Shown here: positions 25,498 through 40,900 of the stretch, piece by piece
Numbering within the stretch: the first letter of the stretch is position 1
How the letters are laid out: every line of letters starts with the position of its first letter
Assembly (NCBI RefSeq): GCF_006345805.1
Contig: NC_042999.1
Coordinates: 4,278,001-4,342,000 of the forward strand
Direction: 5' to 3'
Length of the DNA: 64,000 bases
Source: Octopus sinensis
Taxonomy: Eukaryota
The notes under the pieces: generated by a model
Databases searched by the model: none
What the model was told of the DNA's origin: nothing
Seen by the model: the letters and a program-made list of their open reading frames with translations, nothing else
Made by a program: the position numbers and the translations under genes

Positions 25498-28400
25498 CTT
25501 TCTCTCTCACTCCATGTTAGTATGTATAATTCTAAAGTGAAAATAACTTTTTAAGCTTATAAAAAGATTTTGATTTTTTTTAATGCTGCTGAAAGTTTAT
25601 TTCATTCAGCATGTCTATAAAAATGACCAGCAAAAGACTGATATACTGTACAGCCACTGGAATTACATGAAGAGAGAGAGAGAGGAGAGAGAGAGATGTA
25701 ACAAAAAGAGGCTCTTACTTGTTATGTAGTGAGGAAGAAAAGTCAAATTACAAGTCAGGAGTAGGCAATAGGCAGTGATTTGGTCACCACTTGTGATCCA
25801 CTGACAGGAGGGCATTACAGTTCAGGGTTGAAGAACCCATTAATTGTTAGATATCAAATGGTGGCGTCAGTTTCTCTTGGCCTAGGCTACATCTACTGAA
25901 AGTGAGTAAGAAACATTTTTGGATGTAATCAATCTCATAGTTAGCTTAGATATCCATCTTGGATCGGATTGAATTGGATTGGATTTCCCAGGTTCAGTCC
26001 ACTGTAGCATGTTCTCTCCACCAACCACAGTCTGATGTGGAGGCCATAAACTTTAGCTTGAGACCATACTAGTTTGATGAGCCTACTCTACCACTCTAGC
26101 TTGACATCACTTGGAAGAAGGGTGTAATTTTTTTATCCTCTTACCCAGGAGTGGTTAAACCAATTACATCAACCCCAGTACTCAACGGGTACCTATTTTA
26201 TTGACTCTGGAAGGAGAAAGGATGAAATACCATTAGGCATTTCACCATGCATGCTACCAATCCTGCCAGCTCTCTGCAGATATTCATCTTAATTTGGAAA
26301 ATATAAAAGAAATTGACAGCTAGTGACATCTTAGACTTCACTGAAAATGTGAGTGGGATAAAATGTGACATATACAGAACCTGCACTGTCTTTTGTTTCT
26401 ATTCTCAAACAATCATCTTCAGTAGTGATAGTACACTAATCCCTGGCATTACTTCCCCTCCTTCCCTCCTTCTCTAACTCCTTTACTCCTACCCCAATAC
26501 TGTTCCCTCTGTTATTCTCTCCACTGTCATCCTCTCACAATCAATCTGTTCCTTGTTGTCACGGGGTACTCTCTTTTGCTTTGCAAGCTACAAAGTGATC
26601 CCAAAAGTGCTGGCTCCACAAAAAGCACCCACAAAGCCCTAAACGTTTGATAATCAATCCAAACAGCAGCAACATAGTGTTAGAGGGTGCCCTTTAGTCT
26701 TGGTGGTGACAAGACAGCCTTTGTAGGGATGGTGTCACAAAACAATGCATCCAGTACACTCTGAAAAGTGATTGAGGTTAGGAAGACAACACATCTGTTG
26801 AAACTATGCCAAAAACAAGACGTTGGAAGATCCTCTGAACTGTTAAAGACTGCTGAACCATTCTACCTATACTAGCGTGGGAAATGAACTTGAAAATAAT
26901 GATGATGATTATGATGACGATGATAGCAATAGCAGTGGCAACAACAGCGGCAGTGACAACAATGACAGTGGTGGTGGCAGCAGTAGCAGAAGCAAAGAAT
27001 TGGGGGAGTCATTAATATTGAATAGAATTCCTTGCATATTTGTTTTGGTCCTCTATGTTCTGATTTCAAACCCCACTAAGGTCAGCTTTACCTTTCGTCC
27101 TTTAGAGGTTAATAAATAGAGTACCAATCTTGGGCACTGGATTAGCTAATTAATAGTGTTGGATAGAATGCCTTGCCATATCTGTTCCAGATCTGTGTGT
27201 TCTGAGTTCAAATCCCTACCACCTGTCACTGCAAAAAAAAAAAAAAAGTGGGTCTTCAAGGTCTTGAAACATTAGTGATAGGGTTGGGAAATCTTTAAAC
27301 TTTCCATTATTTTGTTGTTAATAAGCTAGTATTTGAAAGGCAAAAATTCTATTTTGATGGAAGGTTTTATTTTAGATTATTTTAAAACAGAAAATTTTTA
27401 TTATACAACCAAGGGATCTCCTCAGGCAGGTTGGTATCAAAAGAGTTAAACAAGTGCCCAAATATTTCCATGGTAGTAGATAATGCAGTGGGACTTTAGA
27501 ATCCTATATTCTTTCTCTCTCTCTCTCTCTCTCTCATCAGCATTATCAGCATCACCATCATCCTTGATAACAACTCTCATAGTATTCAGAATATATTGTT
27601 TTGGTACACTGTTACAATTCCACCCCAACAAACATCCAAGCACACCCACTTATCTCTCCAACAGCTAAGATAGAATATTTCAAATGAATGCAAAGATGGT
27701 GTAGATCAAGAAATTAAATATTAATTATGGCATGATATCAAATATTAAATACAGTCAGTGTGCTATATTTACACCTGGTACTCTCTGTAAAGTGTCTGCT
27801 AAAGAAGCAGAGACAATGTAAGTTTGAAAGGTTCCTTAGTGTTTCTCAAGACAACCTCCCTTGTGCTTGTGCTGTGATAAAATTAATCCAGTACACTCTG
27901 TGAAGTGGTTTTGGACAGTATGAGCATCAACCATAGAAATTAAACCAAAAATGACATATACAGATAAGATTTAGCCCTCCAACCCATCTAGATATGTGAT
28001 AACTTTGAATAAAAACTGACTGGTACCACAGTAGATATAAAATGATGACTGTAGTGCCGGTGCCTCTGCCACTGTTGTCACCTTATTTTAAACATCAAAA
28101 TTTGATCATGTAAAATATAAATAGACAGTAAAAACTAAACATGATTGAAATTTTGTACAATTTTTTTCTGGTAAGATTTTAAAGATATTGAGTAAAAAAA
28201 ATCTCCAACTTAAACATTGGCTTTATTTGCATTGCTTTCAAAACAAAACTTTTTAAGTCAGTGCTAGTTAAATGCTTTATGAAATCTTTAAGAAACTCTT
28301 TCCAAAAATATGTCGCTATTATTTCAATACGAGACCAACAATCAAAACGCATTATTGATGATACAATGTCAGACAAATTGAAGGATTTTTTGAAATGGCA

Positions 28401-31400
28401 AGCATTATTCAGCATATCTAAGTCTCTCCTTTGACACAATCCAATAGAAATTAGAAGGAATAACGTCCATTATTGAAGAATTATTTCTTCCTAGAAGCAT
28501 TTCCATATATTTTGGTTTGAATACCACTCTATTTATATATCTGACAATATGTGCACTTACACATAGCTCGTTTCTATCTCTTTATATTTCTTTAAATATT
28601 TCAATACATTGGAAGCTAAATGAAATAATAGTTCTCTAAGGTCTGCAGGTCTTTTAAATTCACCTTTCTCAATTATATATAATTCTGTTGCTAAGATTGT
28701 ATTGGTTTTTACATTTGACTATTGTGATGGTGAATACTTAGTGCAATTTTCCATTCATTGTTGATTTTTATGTAGGTGTGTGTGTCTATGTGTGTATATG
28801 TCTTTGAGAATATATATGCAGAATTTGCATTAGGTGAAACATAATCTGTATTAGAGCATACAAAACCAAGAATCTCTTGTGTACACTAAGTTTAGAACAT
28901 TATTTAGAATCCTCCACATTGCAATATAAATTTGTCAAAAGCAAGCAATGGAAATCTACATTAAAAATCAAACGTTAATGACCTTCACGCCTCACTCACT
29001 CACCCTCAGTGACCAAAGCAATTGATCCCACACAACATTGCAACCGGAATTATGTCCCTTAATGTTACATTTGTTTTCTTGACACAAACTGTCACATTAT
29101 AAGTACCAGTTTTATATTATAACAGTTGAACTGGGGCAAATAATAATCTTGTTTCTCTGGTTCAAATACTCAACAAGGGGTTGTAAACTGAAACCATCTC
29201 CGACAGTAATGAGTGTGGCATAAATATTTACTCAGAGGTTAGTGCTTGTTTTAGTTTATGAGAATATAAAACCAATCCAATAAAATTCTCATATGTATGG
29301 ACATACTTGCATTTGCAGATATACATGTATATGTTTACTAATTACATGTATGTCTACACAGACCCATTCACATACATAATCATTCGCTCTCAAATATGCT
29401 GTGTTTAATGTTTACTTCCTCTCTTTCTATCTTCCTCTCTTCTTCCTTCTCTCTCTCTCTCCAGCATGGTAAGATTTGTTCACTAACTTAATAACAAGAC
29501 TCCTTCCAATAAACTAGACAACAATTACATTGAGTTGACAGATTAGAACTGCAGTATGCAAATCAAATGATTCCTTTCCTTCCATGCTTCTGAAATTCAA
29601 CTTTCCAAGATTGGTCTTCAGGAAATTTTATGCTCCACTTAATATAATTACACATGTGAATCTATTATCTGGGCATACAATGTTTACGTTATCGAGCATA
29701 TAGAATTTTGTGTGTTTGTATCCAACAAATGGCAGAATGAGATTGGATTATGCTGACTTTGGATTGGAATATTCGATATTAACATGATAGGTGTGGGCAT
29801 ACTCTCTTTTACTTGTTTCAGTCATTTGACTGTGGCCATGCTGGAGCACCACCTTTTTTAGTCGAGCAAATCGACCCCAGGACTTATTCTTTGTAAGCCT
29901 AGTACTTATTCTATCAGTTTCTTTTGCCGAACCGCTAAGTTACGGGGACATAAAGACACCAGCATCGGTTGTCAAGCGATGTTGGGGGGACAAACACAGA
30001 CACACAAATATATACACATACACATACATATACATATATATACATATATACGATGGGCTTCTTTCAGTTTCCGTCTACCAGATCCACTCACAAGGCTTTG
30101 GTCAGCCCGAGGCTATAATAGAAGACACTTGCCCAAAGTGCCACACAGTGGGACTGAACCCGGAACCATGTGGTTCATAAGCAAGCTACTTACCACACAG
30201 CCACTCCTATGCCTATGCATGTCTGTATGATTAAGAAGTTTGCTTCCCAACTACATGGTTCTGGGTTCAGCCCCACTATATAACACCACCTTGGACAAGT
30301 GTCTTCTACAGTAGGCCTGGACCAACCAAATCTTTGTAAATCATCATCATCATTGTTGTCATCATCACCACTATCATCCCCCACCACCACCACCATCATC
30401 ATCATCATTTAACATCCAGACAACAGTCAAAACAGCTTGTGAAGCACTGCTTTATAGCAATATGTGAATAATATATTCTGAGTACTTGCCAAACTTTTAC
30501 TTAGTTAAAAGTTATTTTGCACATTCTGTTATGTTGTGTTTTGTGGAAACACAGCATGGCAGTTAGGTAACGTTTTTATCCATCTTACCACCCAGTCTCT
30601 TCAAGGAATTGAATGATGTCCACAGAAAATATAAGCAGGATATACTTTGTTCTGGAAGCCACGAGAGGAAGTCACATGTATTTATGAAAGCAAGAGGAAG
30701 TTATCTAATATATCATATCTTTACTCCTTTACTGGTTTCAGTCATTCGACTATGGCCATACTGGAGCACCATCTTCAAGTTTTCAGTCAATCACATTGGC
30801 TCTACAACTTTTTTTATGATTCTCCTTTTATCTAATTATCAAATATTTAAATCACTCTTGGAAATAAAGGAACACAACTCAACATATTCTGTGGTACTGG
30901 TATACATACACATACATACAGATATATGGACTTTACATAACCTATCTTAGTTATCTATGTTCATTTTTATCTTCATTGATGCTAGCTTTGGGAATGAAAT
31001 GTGTTCCATTGTTTAATGATGATAACGATGATGATAATGCTATATATATATATATATATATATATGCATATAAGAGGTAGGAGTAGTGAAAAATGTTGAG
31101 GAATCCAGACCTGAAGATTGGGAGTATGTTGACCCAATTAAGTATTGAAACTAGATACCTCGTATCTAATCAATACCAACATACTTTCGTGAAACACATG
31201 TAGTCTTATAAACAGAAAATATGGGATTCAGAATAGATATAGTTAGTATAAAATTTTATATTTTACATTTTATGGAGTGGTTGGATATAAAATCTTTCTG
31301 TGTTGATTGAGTTGAAGGTGGTTCTGTCTCTAAAACTACTTTTATATATACGTATATATATTGGAAAATGTGTGAAATCCTTGGTGCAGTTAGGTATATT

Positions 31401-33757
31401 TGAAAAAGGAAAAGAATGACTTCACTGGTAGTTCTAATTAATTTAATTTTCTAATATGATATAAGTTAATTTTACACTTGGTGTGTAGATCTAGTAAGTG
31501 CTTTGTTAACTTTGGTGAAGAGATTTTTAAAAGATTCCTTGTTAACTTTTCTGGAGAACTTTCACGCATTCATCGGTGAAGGTTGTCAAACGGATCTTCA
31601 GGTTGTGCTGAGTGATTCTATATCTAAGAGATTTGGGTATATCCTATCATGGTCTATATATCATTCAGGGTTATTAGCATCACTACTATTGAGGCAGAAG
31701 GGGTTTGCATATTCAGGGTAAAGTTGGCCTTTTGATTATGGGTACAATGCCCTAACCACTAGCACATGCACCTCCACTTATCATGGCACTCAGTCGGTTA
31801 TAACAATGAGGGTTCCAGTTGATCTGATCAACAGAACAGTCTGCTCCTGAAATTAATGTGCAAGTGGCTGAGCACTCCACAGGCACGTGTACTTGGGGAG
31901 ATTCAGCATGACACAGAGTGTGACAAGGCTGGCCCTTTGAAATACAAGTACAACAGGAACAGGAAGAAAGAATGAGATAAGGTTGTGGTGAAAGTGTACA
32001 GCAGGGTTTGCCACCACCCTCTGCTGGAGCCTCATGGAGCTTTAGGTGTTTTTGCTCAATAAATACTCACAACACATGGTCTGGTAATTAAAACTGCTAT
32101 CCTATGGCGATGAGTCTGCTGCCCTAACCACTGGGCCATTGCGCCTCCACACTTCCACATATATATACCACAAAAGGCACAGGGGAAACTGAGGGAAACG
32201 TTAAAATCCACAACGAAACCCCATATTTCAAATATCTTCCACAAAGCCAGGTGCTGGAATACACAGAGATCTTCCCATTTTACCATGAAAGGTGCATAGG
32301 TATTTAGGCATTTCAGCCAATCCTCCATTTGGAGGTTTTTTTTTCATTGTTGTCATGGTAAAGATCCAATATAAACACAAAGTGAACCACAATGTAAATG
32401 TTGTCAATCAAGTGAAGAGCTTTGTGTGTGGGTGGGTGTTTGAGAGATAATCAATCTTGCTCTTTCTCTCACACTACCTCCGCGTGTGTGTGTGTGTGTG
32501 TGTACAAACATCCAAATATGTGCACACACTCACATTCAGTAAGTGAGATGGAGAGAAATGAATACAAAAAGAGATTGAAATAGCTATTTGTGAGCGTGTA
32601 CATATACATGCATACATATGTGTGTGTGTGTGTGTGTATGTATGTATTTATATTATATGTATATTGTGTGTGTGTGTGTGTGTATGTATATATATATATA
32701 TGCACACACACATATATATATATATTATACATGTGTATGTGTGTGTATTTGTTATATTATATAAGCAGTGTGTATTTACACACACACATTTGACAGTGTA
32801 TGTTTATATATATTTGCTCAAGGGAATGCTATTTACATTAGCATATACCAACTGGCTACTAGCAATGGATGTATGTATGTATATGTGTATTTGTGTGTGT
32901 CCATGTGTGTAATTAAGAACACTAACTCCAAACTACAAAGGCAACTATTGGTTTAATACCCCCATCACCAACACCACCTCGACACATCTTTATCTCTTCT
33001 CATGAATATGCAGCAGAGACTGTGGCATTTGGTTTTTTTGCACAAAGTACAAATGAACTGTTTAATTATTTAAAGTATTTCTGTTGATTTCCCTTTTGCA
33101 TGTTTTCCAATGCCATGGTTGCCACACCCTCCTAATTTGTGCAACTACATTCAATATTACAACTTTTGGAGAAATTACATGGCAGAGACATTCACACTCT
33201 TGCACACCACTCAAGTTAGCTCAATACATCATTGTCATAATGTCTGTTTTCCAGGCTGGCATTAGTTGGAGAGTTTGACAGGAGCTGGCAAGGCCAGGAC
33301 CTGCACCAGGTCTCATTGTCTGTTTTGGCATGGTTTCTATGGCTTGATGCCCTTCCTAATGCCAACCACTCCACAGAGTGTACTGATTGCTTTTTCTGTG
33401 ACACCAGCACCAGTGCTTTTTACATGGCATCATCAATGTTTTTTTATGTGGAACCACTACTCTAAACTTCCAGCTACTGAACCATATGTCTAAACCAGCA
33501 TTTCTCAACCAGGGTTCCACAAAAGGTTCCTAGGGGTTCTGTGAGAAAAAGTGAGATGAGCTAATGCTAATTTCATGATCTTAATATTACTATACATGCA
33601 AAACATATTATTGGTTATTGTAGTATTTTAATATAGACATCATCCTATCTAACCTATTATGCTATCAAAAAAATATAATAACCATTGGGGATACATTTAG
33701 TGATGTCTGTAATTTATGGACACCCTATATATGTATGTACATGTGTGTGTATATATA

Positions 33758-33817
<60 letters not shown>

Positions 33818-35920
33818 CATACATACATACATACATACATACATAATACATACATACATACTACATACATACATACATACATACATATGATATTTACCAT
33901 GTGAACTATGATGAAAAAAATACGAGAAAGGGATATGGTATATAAATTTTTCTGCAGGGGTTCCTTGAGACATATAATGTATTTTAAGGGTTATGCAAGG
34001 ATAAAAAGGTTCAGAAACACTCGTCTAAGCTCACAGTCTGTGTTTATATTCACCATTAATACGGCAAAGGAGACCCATAGAGGTTGGCAGAGAGTTAATA
34101 GATCTGGAGCTAGTACCCTAATAAAACATCATGGCTATTCTCTCTTTTTTTTTTCTTTGATTTTAAAGTGAAACTCTTCAATCTTTTAATTACCAGATTT
34201 CTGTTGATATACACTACTTTCATCAACACTACCATTATCACCATTTAACATTCCATCCACTCTCTGGCATGGGATGACCCCAAGGCTGTTGTAAAATATG
34301 CTTGCCCAGAGAGCCATGCAGTGGAACTAAACCCAAAATAATATTGTGAAGTAAACTTCTTAACTACATGGCATGCCTATACCTATGTTATTTTTTTGCA
34401 AAGCTAAGCACTTTTATTAAAAATTCTTAGACTGAGAGCAAAAGAATAAAAGGTCCTAATTTTAAGCTTGGCTTCACTTGTAACAATGTTTAGAAGAATT
34501 ATGGAAGATATTTGAACATCAGTTAAATGATTTCAACTCTTGAAGTCACAAGTAATTTATATGTCAATAAGGAAAGAAGAAAGAATGGAAGAAAAAATGT
34601 TGAGTCCATCAGCTAGCTATTTAGCAATCTGCAAGCTCACAGGAGGTGAGGTGAGTGGCAGAAGTTTCTTGATGTAGAAGTAATAGAAGCAGAGTTGATA
34701 ATGTAATTTGTGGGAGAAGCTAGAGAAGAGAGACCAAAGTGGCTACATTAGAAAGCAGTTAATTAAAGCAACTATTAAAAGAACACCCGACATTATTCCC
34801 ATCATTGTAAATCTTCATTGAAATCAAGTAATTGCCTATTAAATGACACTTGTGTTTAATTACACATAAAGATTCAATGAAGAATCATCAGAATTATTCT
34901 GCTCTAATTCTTTCTTAATGGTTCCTGACCATTTATTTGAAAGTTAAACTGTACTAGTTTCACCCCATCAAGAAAGTACACGTTGTAGTGTTTACAATAA
35001 GATTTGGCTTCTTATTCTAGCTGGTCAAGCAACTCTGTAAAGATACTCTCTTTCACTCATTTCATAAGGAGAGCTACATTGGAGATATTAATGTCATAAA
35101 TGAGTCAAGATGGTCATGGCTAGATATTGGGGCAAATGGGCAAATTAAATAAATAGTTAAATGCATCAAGTTTGAAACAAAATCAAATGTGACAACCCAA
35201 AGCTATTTCCAATACAGACAATAAAAACATTGAAAAGTACTCCAAAGCAAGAAACATCAAAAAGAAAGAAAAAGGAAACTGAAACATATAAGGTATAGGC
35301 GTGGCTTTGTGGTAAGAAGCTTGCTTCCCAACCCCATGGCTCTGGGTTCAAGCCCACTGCATGGCACCTTAAGTAAATGTCTTCAGTAATAGCCTCAGGC
35401 TGAGCAGAGCCTTGTGAGTGGATTTGCTAGAAGGAAACTGAAAAAAACCCATCGTGTGCGTGAGAGAGTGTGTCTGTGTTTGTGCGTCTTTGTGTCTGTG
35501 TTTGTCCTCCCTCATCACCTATCAACCCGTGTTGGTGTGTTTATATCCCCCATGATGATAAAAAATAAGTACCAGATTTAAAAAAGAAAACATTTGCACT
35601 GAGGTTGATTCATTTGACTAAAAATGTTTTGAGTCTGCTGTGCCCCAGTCTAGAGACTGTAACAAGAAAAAGAAAAACAGATAGAGCGGGGAAAATGAAG
35701 GAGAGAGAGAGAGAGAGAGAGTCAGACAAACAGTGAAAGGAAGATAAAAATGCACGCTTTTGCTATGGTACATCTTCATCTAAAAATGTGACATTTATTA
35801 CAAAAGAGCTCCATAAAAATTTCAAAGAAACTAAATTACTTAGCACTGTGGCAATGTATACATGTAAAGCCAAACAAAAGCTGAAAAACAGTGAATACAT
35901 AATATAGAGCTGTTATACAT

Positions 35921-35954
<34 letters not shown>

Positions 35955-37032
35955 ACATATACTCTTTTACTTGTTTCAGTCATTTGACTGCGGCCATGCT
36001 GGAGCACCGCCTTTAGTCGAGCAAATCGACCCCGGGACTTATTCTTTGTAAGCCCAGTACTTATTCTATTGGTCTCTCTTTGCCGAACTGCTAAGTAACG
36101 GGGACGTAAACACACCAGCATCGGTTGTCAAGCATTGCTAGGGGGACAAACACAGACACACAAACATATACACACACACTTATATATATATATATACGAC
36201 AGGCTTCTTTCAGTTTCCATCTACCAAATCCACTCACAAGACATTGGTCGGCCCAAGGCTATAGCAGAAGACACTTGCCCAAGATGCCATGCAGTGGGAC
36301 TGAACCCGGAACCATGTGGTTGGTAAGCAAGCTGCTTACCACACAGCCACTCCTGCGCCTATATATCTATATAAACTTTATATATCTATATAAACTTTAA
36401 TCTGGGTCATATCCAGATACGTTTCTCTATATCAGATCATCAGACTTCATGAATCTGTCTTACAAAAGGCAGAAATGTGAACGCAAGTTTACGTAACAAC
36501 CATCAAGGGTCAGTACAAAAGAAATAGGATGAGACAAAACAAATGCCAAATACTGTTGACACAGAATTTTGTTTCTGAAAGCTGTAATAACCTCCGAAAT
36601 GCTTGACTGAACAAAAATAAATTTAAGAAAGTTATATAACACCTTCAAATTTATGTCCATTAATATTGTTGTTATTTTTCACATTTTTTCTAAAACTACC
36701 AGCTTTATCGCTTTTTTCCAAAGAATTCCTTCCTTACACATCACTTCTCCTAATGATTCTTGCTTCCTTGCTTCTCCTCTTTCTTCATCCAATTCTAAAA
36801 CATTCTGTTTTCTTCTACTCTCCAGTCTTCCCCAGAATTAGGCCTCCTTTCTTTTCATCTATGTTGCCATTCCAAATTTCTAACAAATTTTCTCTCCCTC
36901 TCTCGCTCAAAGATTTAAATTTCCTGCATCCTTTCTCTTCTCATTTTCTCCCAAATTTCAGTATCTTTCCTCCCTTCATGATTACAATTTTCAAATAGAT
37001 TGTTAACTTTTGAAATATTTTACCTCCTCTAA

Positions 37033-37072
<40 letters not shown>

Positions 37073-37917
37073 GTCTGGGTTACAGCTCTTTAACTAGCTA
37101 TCTATCTAGCCATCTATCTCACTGCTCTCCTATCAATCTATTTATCTCTATTTCTGGTTTTCTTTTCTTAAAGGCTCTCAAATCTTTCTTTTCATTTGTT
37201 GTATAATTTTCAAAGGAAAGAAAAAATAGTGTAAAAGACATTTTTTCACTTAGATGATGGGAAATTACTATTCTGAATACTATTATATTTTTTCCATATT
37301 AATTTACCAAAGTATGTTCTCTAATATAACATCATAATATAAAGTACTTTTAGATGTTTCTATTATCTTTTTAAAATATCAATACACTATTCTCAAAAGT
37401 CTTAAAAGAATTTTTCAATAAAAAAAATCATGTTCTTTTGACACCATTTTCCTGTAACCTATAGAAAAACACTGAAGATTTCTCCATTTACTGCTTCAAA
37501 GAACAAAAAGGTTTATAGAAATAATGAGACTTCAACAGTTCCTCCCAACATTATGTTGATGAGTACGTAGTGTTGGTACTAGTCAGTATATGTTGGATAT
37601 ATGGATATGTGTGTATGTGTATGTATGTATGTATATATATATATATACACACATATATATACACATATATATATGCAGGCTTGAGTATATGTTAATGTAT
37701 GTGTGTATGCATATATGCATGCTTGTATATATATATATATATATATACATTTATATATGTATGTGTGTATATGCATGTGGATAACCAGACACACACACAT
37801 ATATGTGTGTGTATATGTAGATATATATACATATATGTGGAAGACTGACATTAAATGATGATGAGGTGGATGATGATGATATATACATACATGTATATCA
37901 TCATAATTTTGTTCATG

Positions 37918-37954
<37 letters not shown>

Positions 37955-40900
37955 ATACTTGAACAAAATTATTATGGTGCCTCTATGTGTCCTGTACAGT
38001 TAGCATTAAATGCAATATTCTTTATTTGAAAGGTTCAATAATAGCTTTTGGAGATGTAGAGAGCTATGTTCCAAAATGGTAATAACATTTCTCTTTTTCC
38101 ATTTTTTCTGGTGGGGAAATATATGTATCAACAACTATATACATGAACATGTGCACACATATACACAACTTATATATGTATATCATCATTTCCATCAACA
38201 ACCTCATCATCATCACCATCACCACCACCATTTAACATCCGTGTTCAATGCTGCCATGGGTTGGATGGTTTTACAGGATTGGATGCATCCAAGCACTGCA
38301 TTGTACTCTAGTGTCTGCTTTTGCATAGGTTTTATACCTCTATACCCTTCCTAACACCAACTATTTTACAGCGTGTACTGGGTAATTTTTTGTGCCACTG
38401 ACACTAATGAAGACTACAACCACCCCAAGGTGTTAAGTAGCTTTATGTTAGGCGTTGGGGTGGGGTTAAAGTATGAGAGAGAGGGTCAGAGCAGAACAGG
38501 TTTCTTGCTGTAGAGGAGATATATAATTACTCACATTTTAGAAAAGAGAGTGGGAGTAACTAGGATGGAAGTGGAAATAGATAAAAAATAGTGGTGATGA
38601 GGTATCTGGGTGGACCCTCAAGTAGGAGCAGGGACAGAGACAGTTCGAGTGTGTGAGGGTTGAAATTTGCCAGAGTACATGGGAGAGGGAGAGGTGGGGA
38701 AACAGACAAAGCATACTCCGTGTTCCTAAGAACAGGTGTGGCTGTGTTGTAAGAAGCTTGTTTCTCAACCACATGGTTCCAGGTTCAGTCCCACTGTATG
38801 GCATCTTGGGTAAGTGTCTTCTACTACAGCCTCAGGACAACCTGAGACTTGTGAGTGACTTTGGTTGATGGAAACTGAAAGAAGACTCTTGTGTGTATGT
38901 GTGTGTGCACATGTGTGTGTATGAATGCATGTGTGTGTGTGCATGCACGTGTGTGTGTGCATGCACGTGTGTGTGTGCATGCATGTGTGTGTGTGTCCAT
39001 GCACGTGTGTGTGCACATACATGCTTGTGTGTCTTTGTGTCTGTGGTTTTACCCTGTCATAACCCGTGTTGGTGTGTTTACATCCCCATAACTTAGTAGT
39101 TTGGCAAATGAGAACATTAGAATAAGTAACAGGATTCAAAAACAAAGCACCGGAGTTGATTCATTCGACTAAAAGTTCATCAAGGTGATGCTCCAGCATT
39201 GCCACAGTCTAATGATTGTACCAAGTAAAAGATAAAAGAAAGAGATAAATTATGAGATTCTATAACATGAGACTTATTTTCCATTAACCTCCATGTTAAT
39301 GAGAAATGTCCATAAGAACTATTTTCTATGATCATTCAGTAAGGTGGGTTGAACCAAATTATTTCTTCTCTGATTTATGAAATTTTGTAACGTATTTTCC
39401 TTTTTATACAATTTTTATGCCAAACTCATGTCTTTATAATGTATCATTATAATAGGTACTGGTATATGTGTGTGTGTGTGCGGGTTTGGGTGTGAGTGTA
39501 TGTATATGTATATCTATCTGTCTATCTCTTTGTCTATGCACATGTATGTACATATATATGTATGTATATATATGTGTGTATGTGTGTATATATATATATA
39601 TATTTCTATATACATCACAACTGTCCAATGAATGGGAACATGGAACTCTGAGTATCTATCTATCTATCTATATATCTATCTTATATATAATAATATAAAC
39701 GGGAAGCTTTATGAAATAAACAAAAGACGAAGGCAGGTGAAAACAACAAACGAACAATTGTATTAGTATGGCGCTCAGAAATATAAATAAAACAAGTCTT
39801 TTACGTTTCGAGCCTACGCTCTTCAACAGAAGATACACAGAGAGAGAAAAACACAGAAAGAAGGAGAGAAAAAAATGCGTGCAGTAGCTAACGATAATCA
39901 ACATGGCGATCTGATTTCGGCCAGAGGTCAAAGATCAAACATGAGACGCGAGAGCGAAATAAGGGGAGATAATGGGTTGAAAAAAGGTTGAGGGACCAGC
40001 TAAAAGTGCGTGGGAGGGGTCTGGATGTGTGTATGTATAGGGTTGGTGTATGTATTAGTATGTATAAGGGTGTGTGTGTGTGTGTGTGTGTGTATGAGAG
40101 AGTATTAGTGCGTAAGATTGGTCTGGACGTGCGTATGTATGGGGTTGGTGTATGTATTAGTATGTATTAGTATGTATTAGTACGTATTGGTATGTATAGG
40201 TGTGTGTGTGTGTGTGTGAGAGAGTAAAGTGCGTATGCGGGGTCTGGACGTGTGTATGTATAGGGTGGTGTAAGTATTAGTATGTACTAGTATGTATTAG
40301 TACGTATTAGTATGTATTAGTGGTGTGTGTATTAGTATGGCACATCATATGTGATGTGATGTGTAAAGTCATGTGGTGTAGTGAGGAGAAGAGGGGGAGG
40401 GGGAGAAGAGGGGAGAAGAGAGAGGGGGAGAGAAGGGGGGGAGGAGAAGAGGGGGGAAGAGGGGGGAGAGAAGGGGGAGGAGTAGAGGGGGGGAGGAGAG
40501 GGGGAGAGGAAGAGGATGGGGAGAAGGAAGGGGTGAGGGGAATGAAGGAGGAAAGAGGGAGAGTGGGAGAGAGAAGGGGAGGAGGGAGGGAGGAGAGAGA
40601 GGGAAGGGGAAGAGGAGGGAGAAAGAAAGAGGGAAAGAAGGGAAGGGGAGTAGGGGTGAAAGGATGAAGGATGCTGAAACAGTAGGGGTCGGGGGGAGAA
40701 AGGATAGGTGAGGAGGGGCGAGAGGGGGGTTAGATGAGGGGGGGGGAGAGTTGAGACCAAATGGCGTATAAGAGCGAAGAGAGAAGATTAATTCCTGTTC
40801 ACGGCGCAAATGGGAATCCGGATGCCTCTGTGTAAGGACAAACCGAACACAGATAGGTGTTGCAAGGAGTGACCGGTGGAGAGGGAAATGGCGTGAGGAC

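Noticed and set aside
28179-28439. 86-aa minus-strand ORF (and nearby open + frame)
   Set aside because: No recognisable homology or splice structure. Possibly a decayed TE; needs BLAST.
31551-31582. Minus-strand CCGAUGA-AUGCGU-GAAAG-UU-CUC hammerhead-like string
   Set aside because: Helix I flanks do not pair; likely chance.
34813-34892. CTTCATTGAA/TTCAATGAAG inverted repeat with inner GTAATT/AATTAC
   Set aside because: Short AT-rich stems with a large asymmetric loop; not miRNA-like and plausible by chance.
40320-40760. Gly/Arg/Glu-rich and Pro/Ser/Leu-rich ORFs
   Set aside because: Purine/pyrimidine low-complexity tract within the Penelope 3' region.
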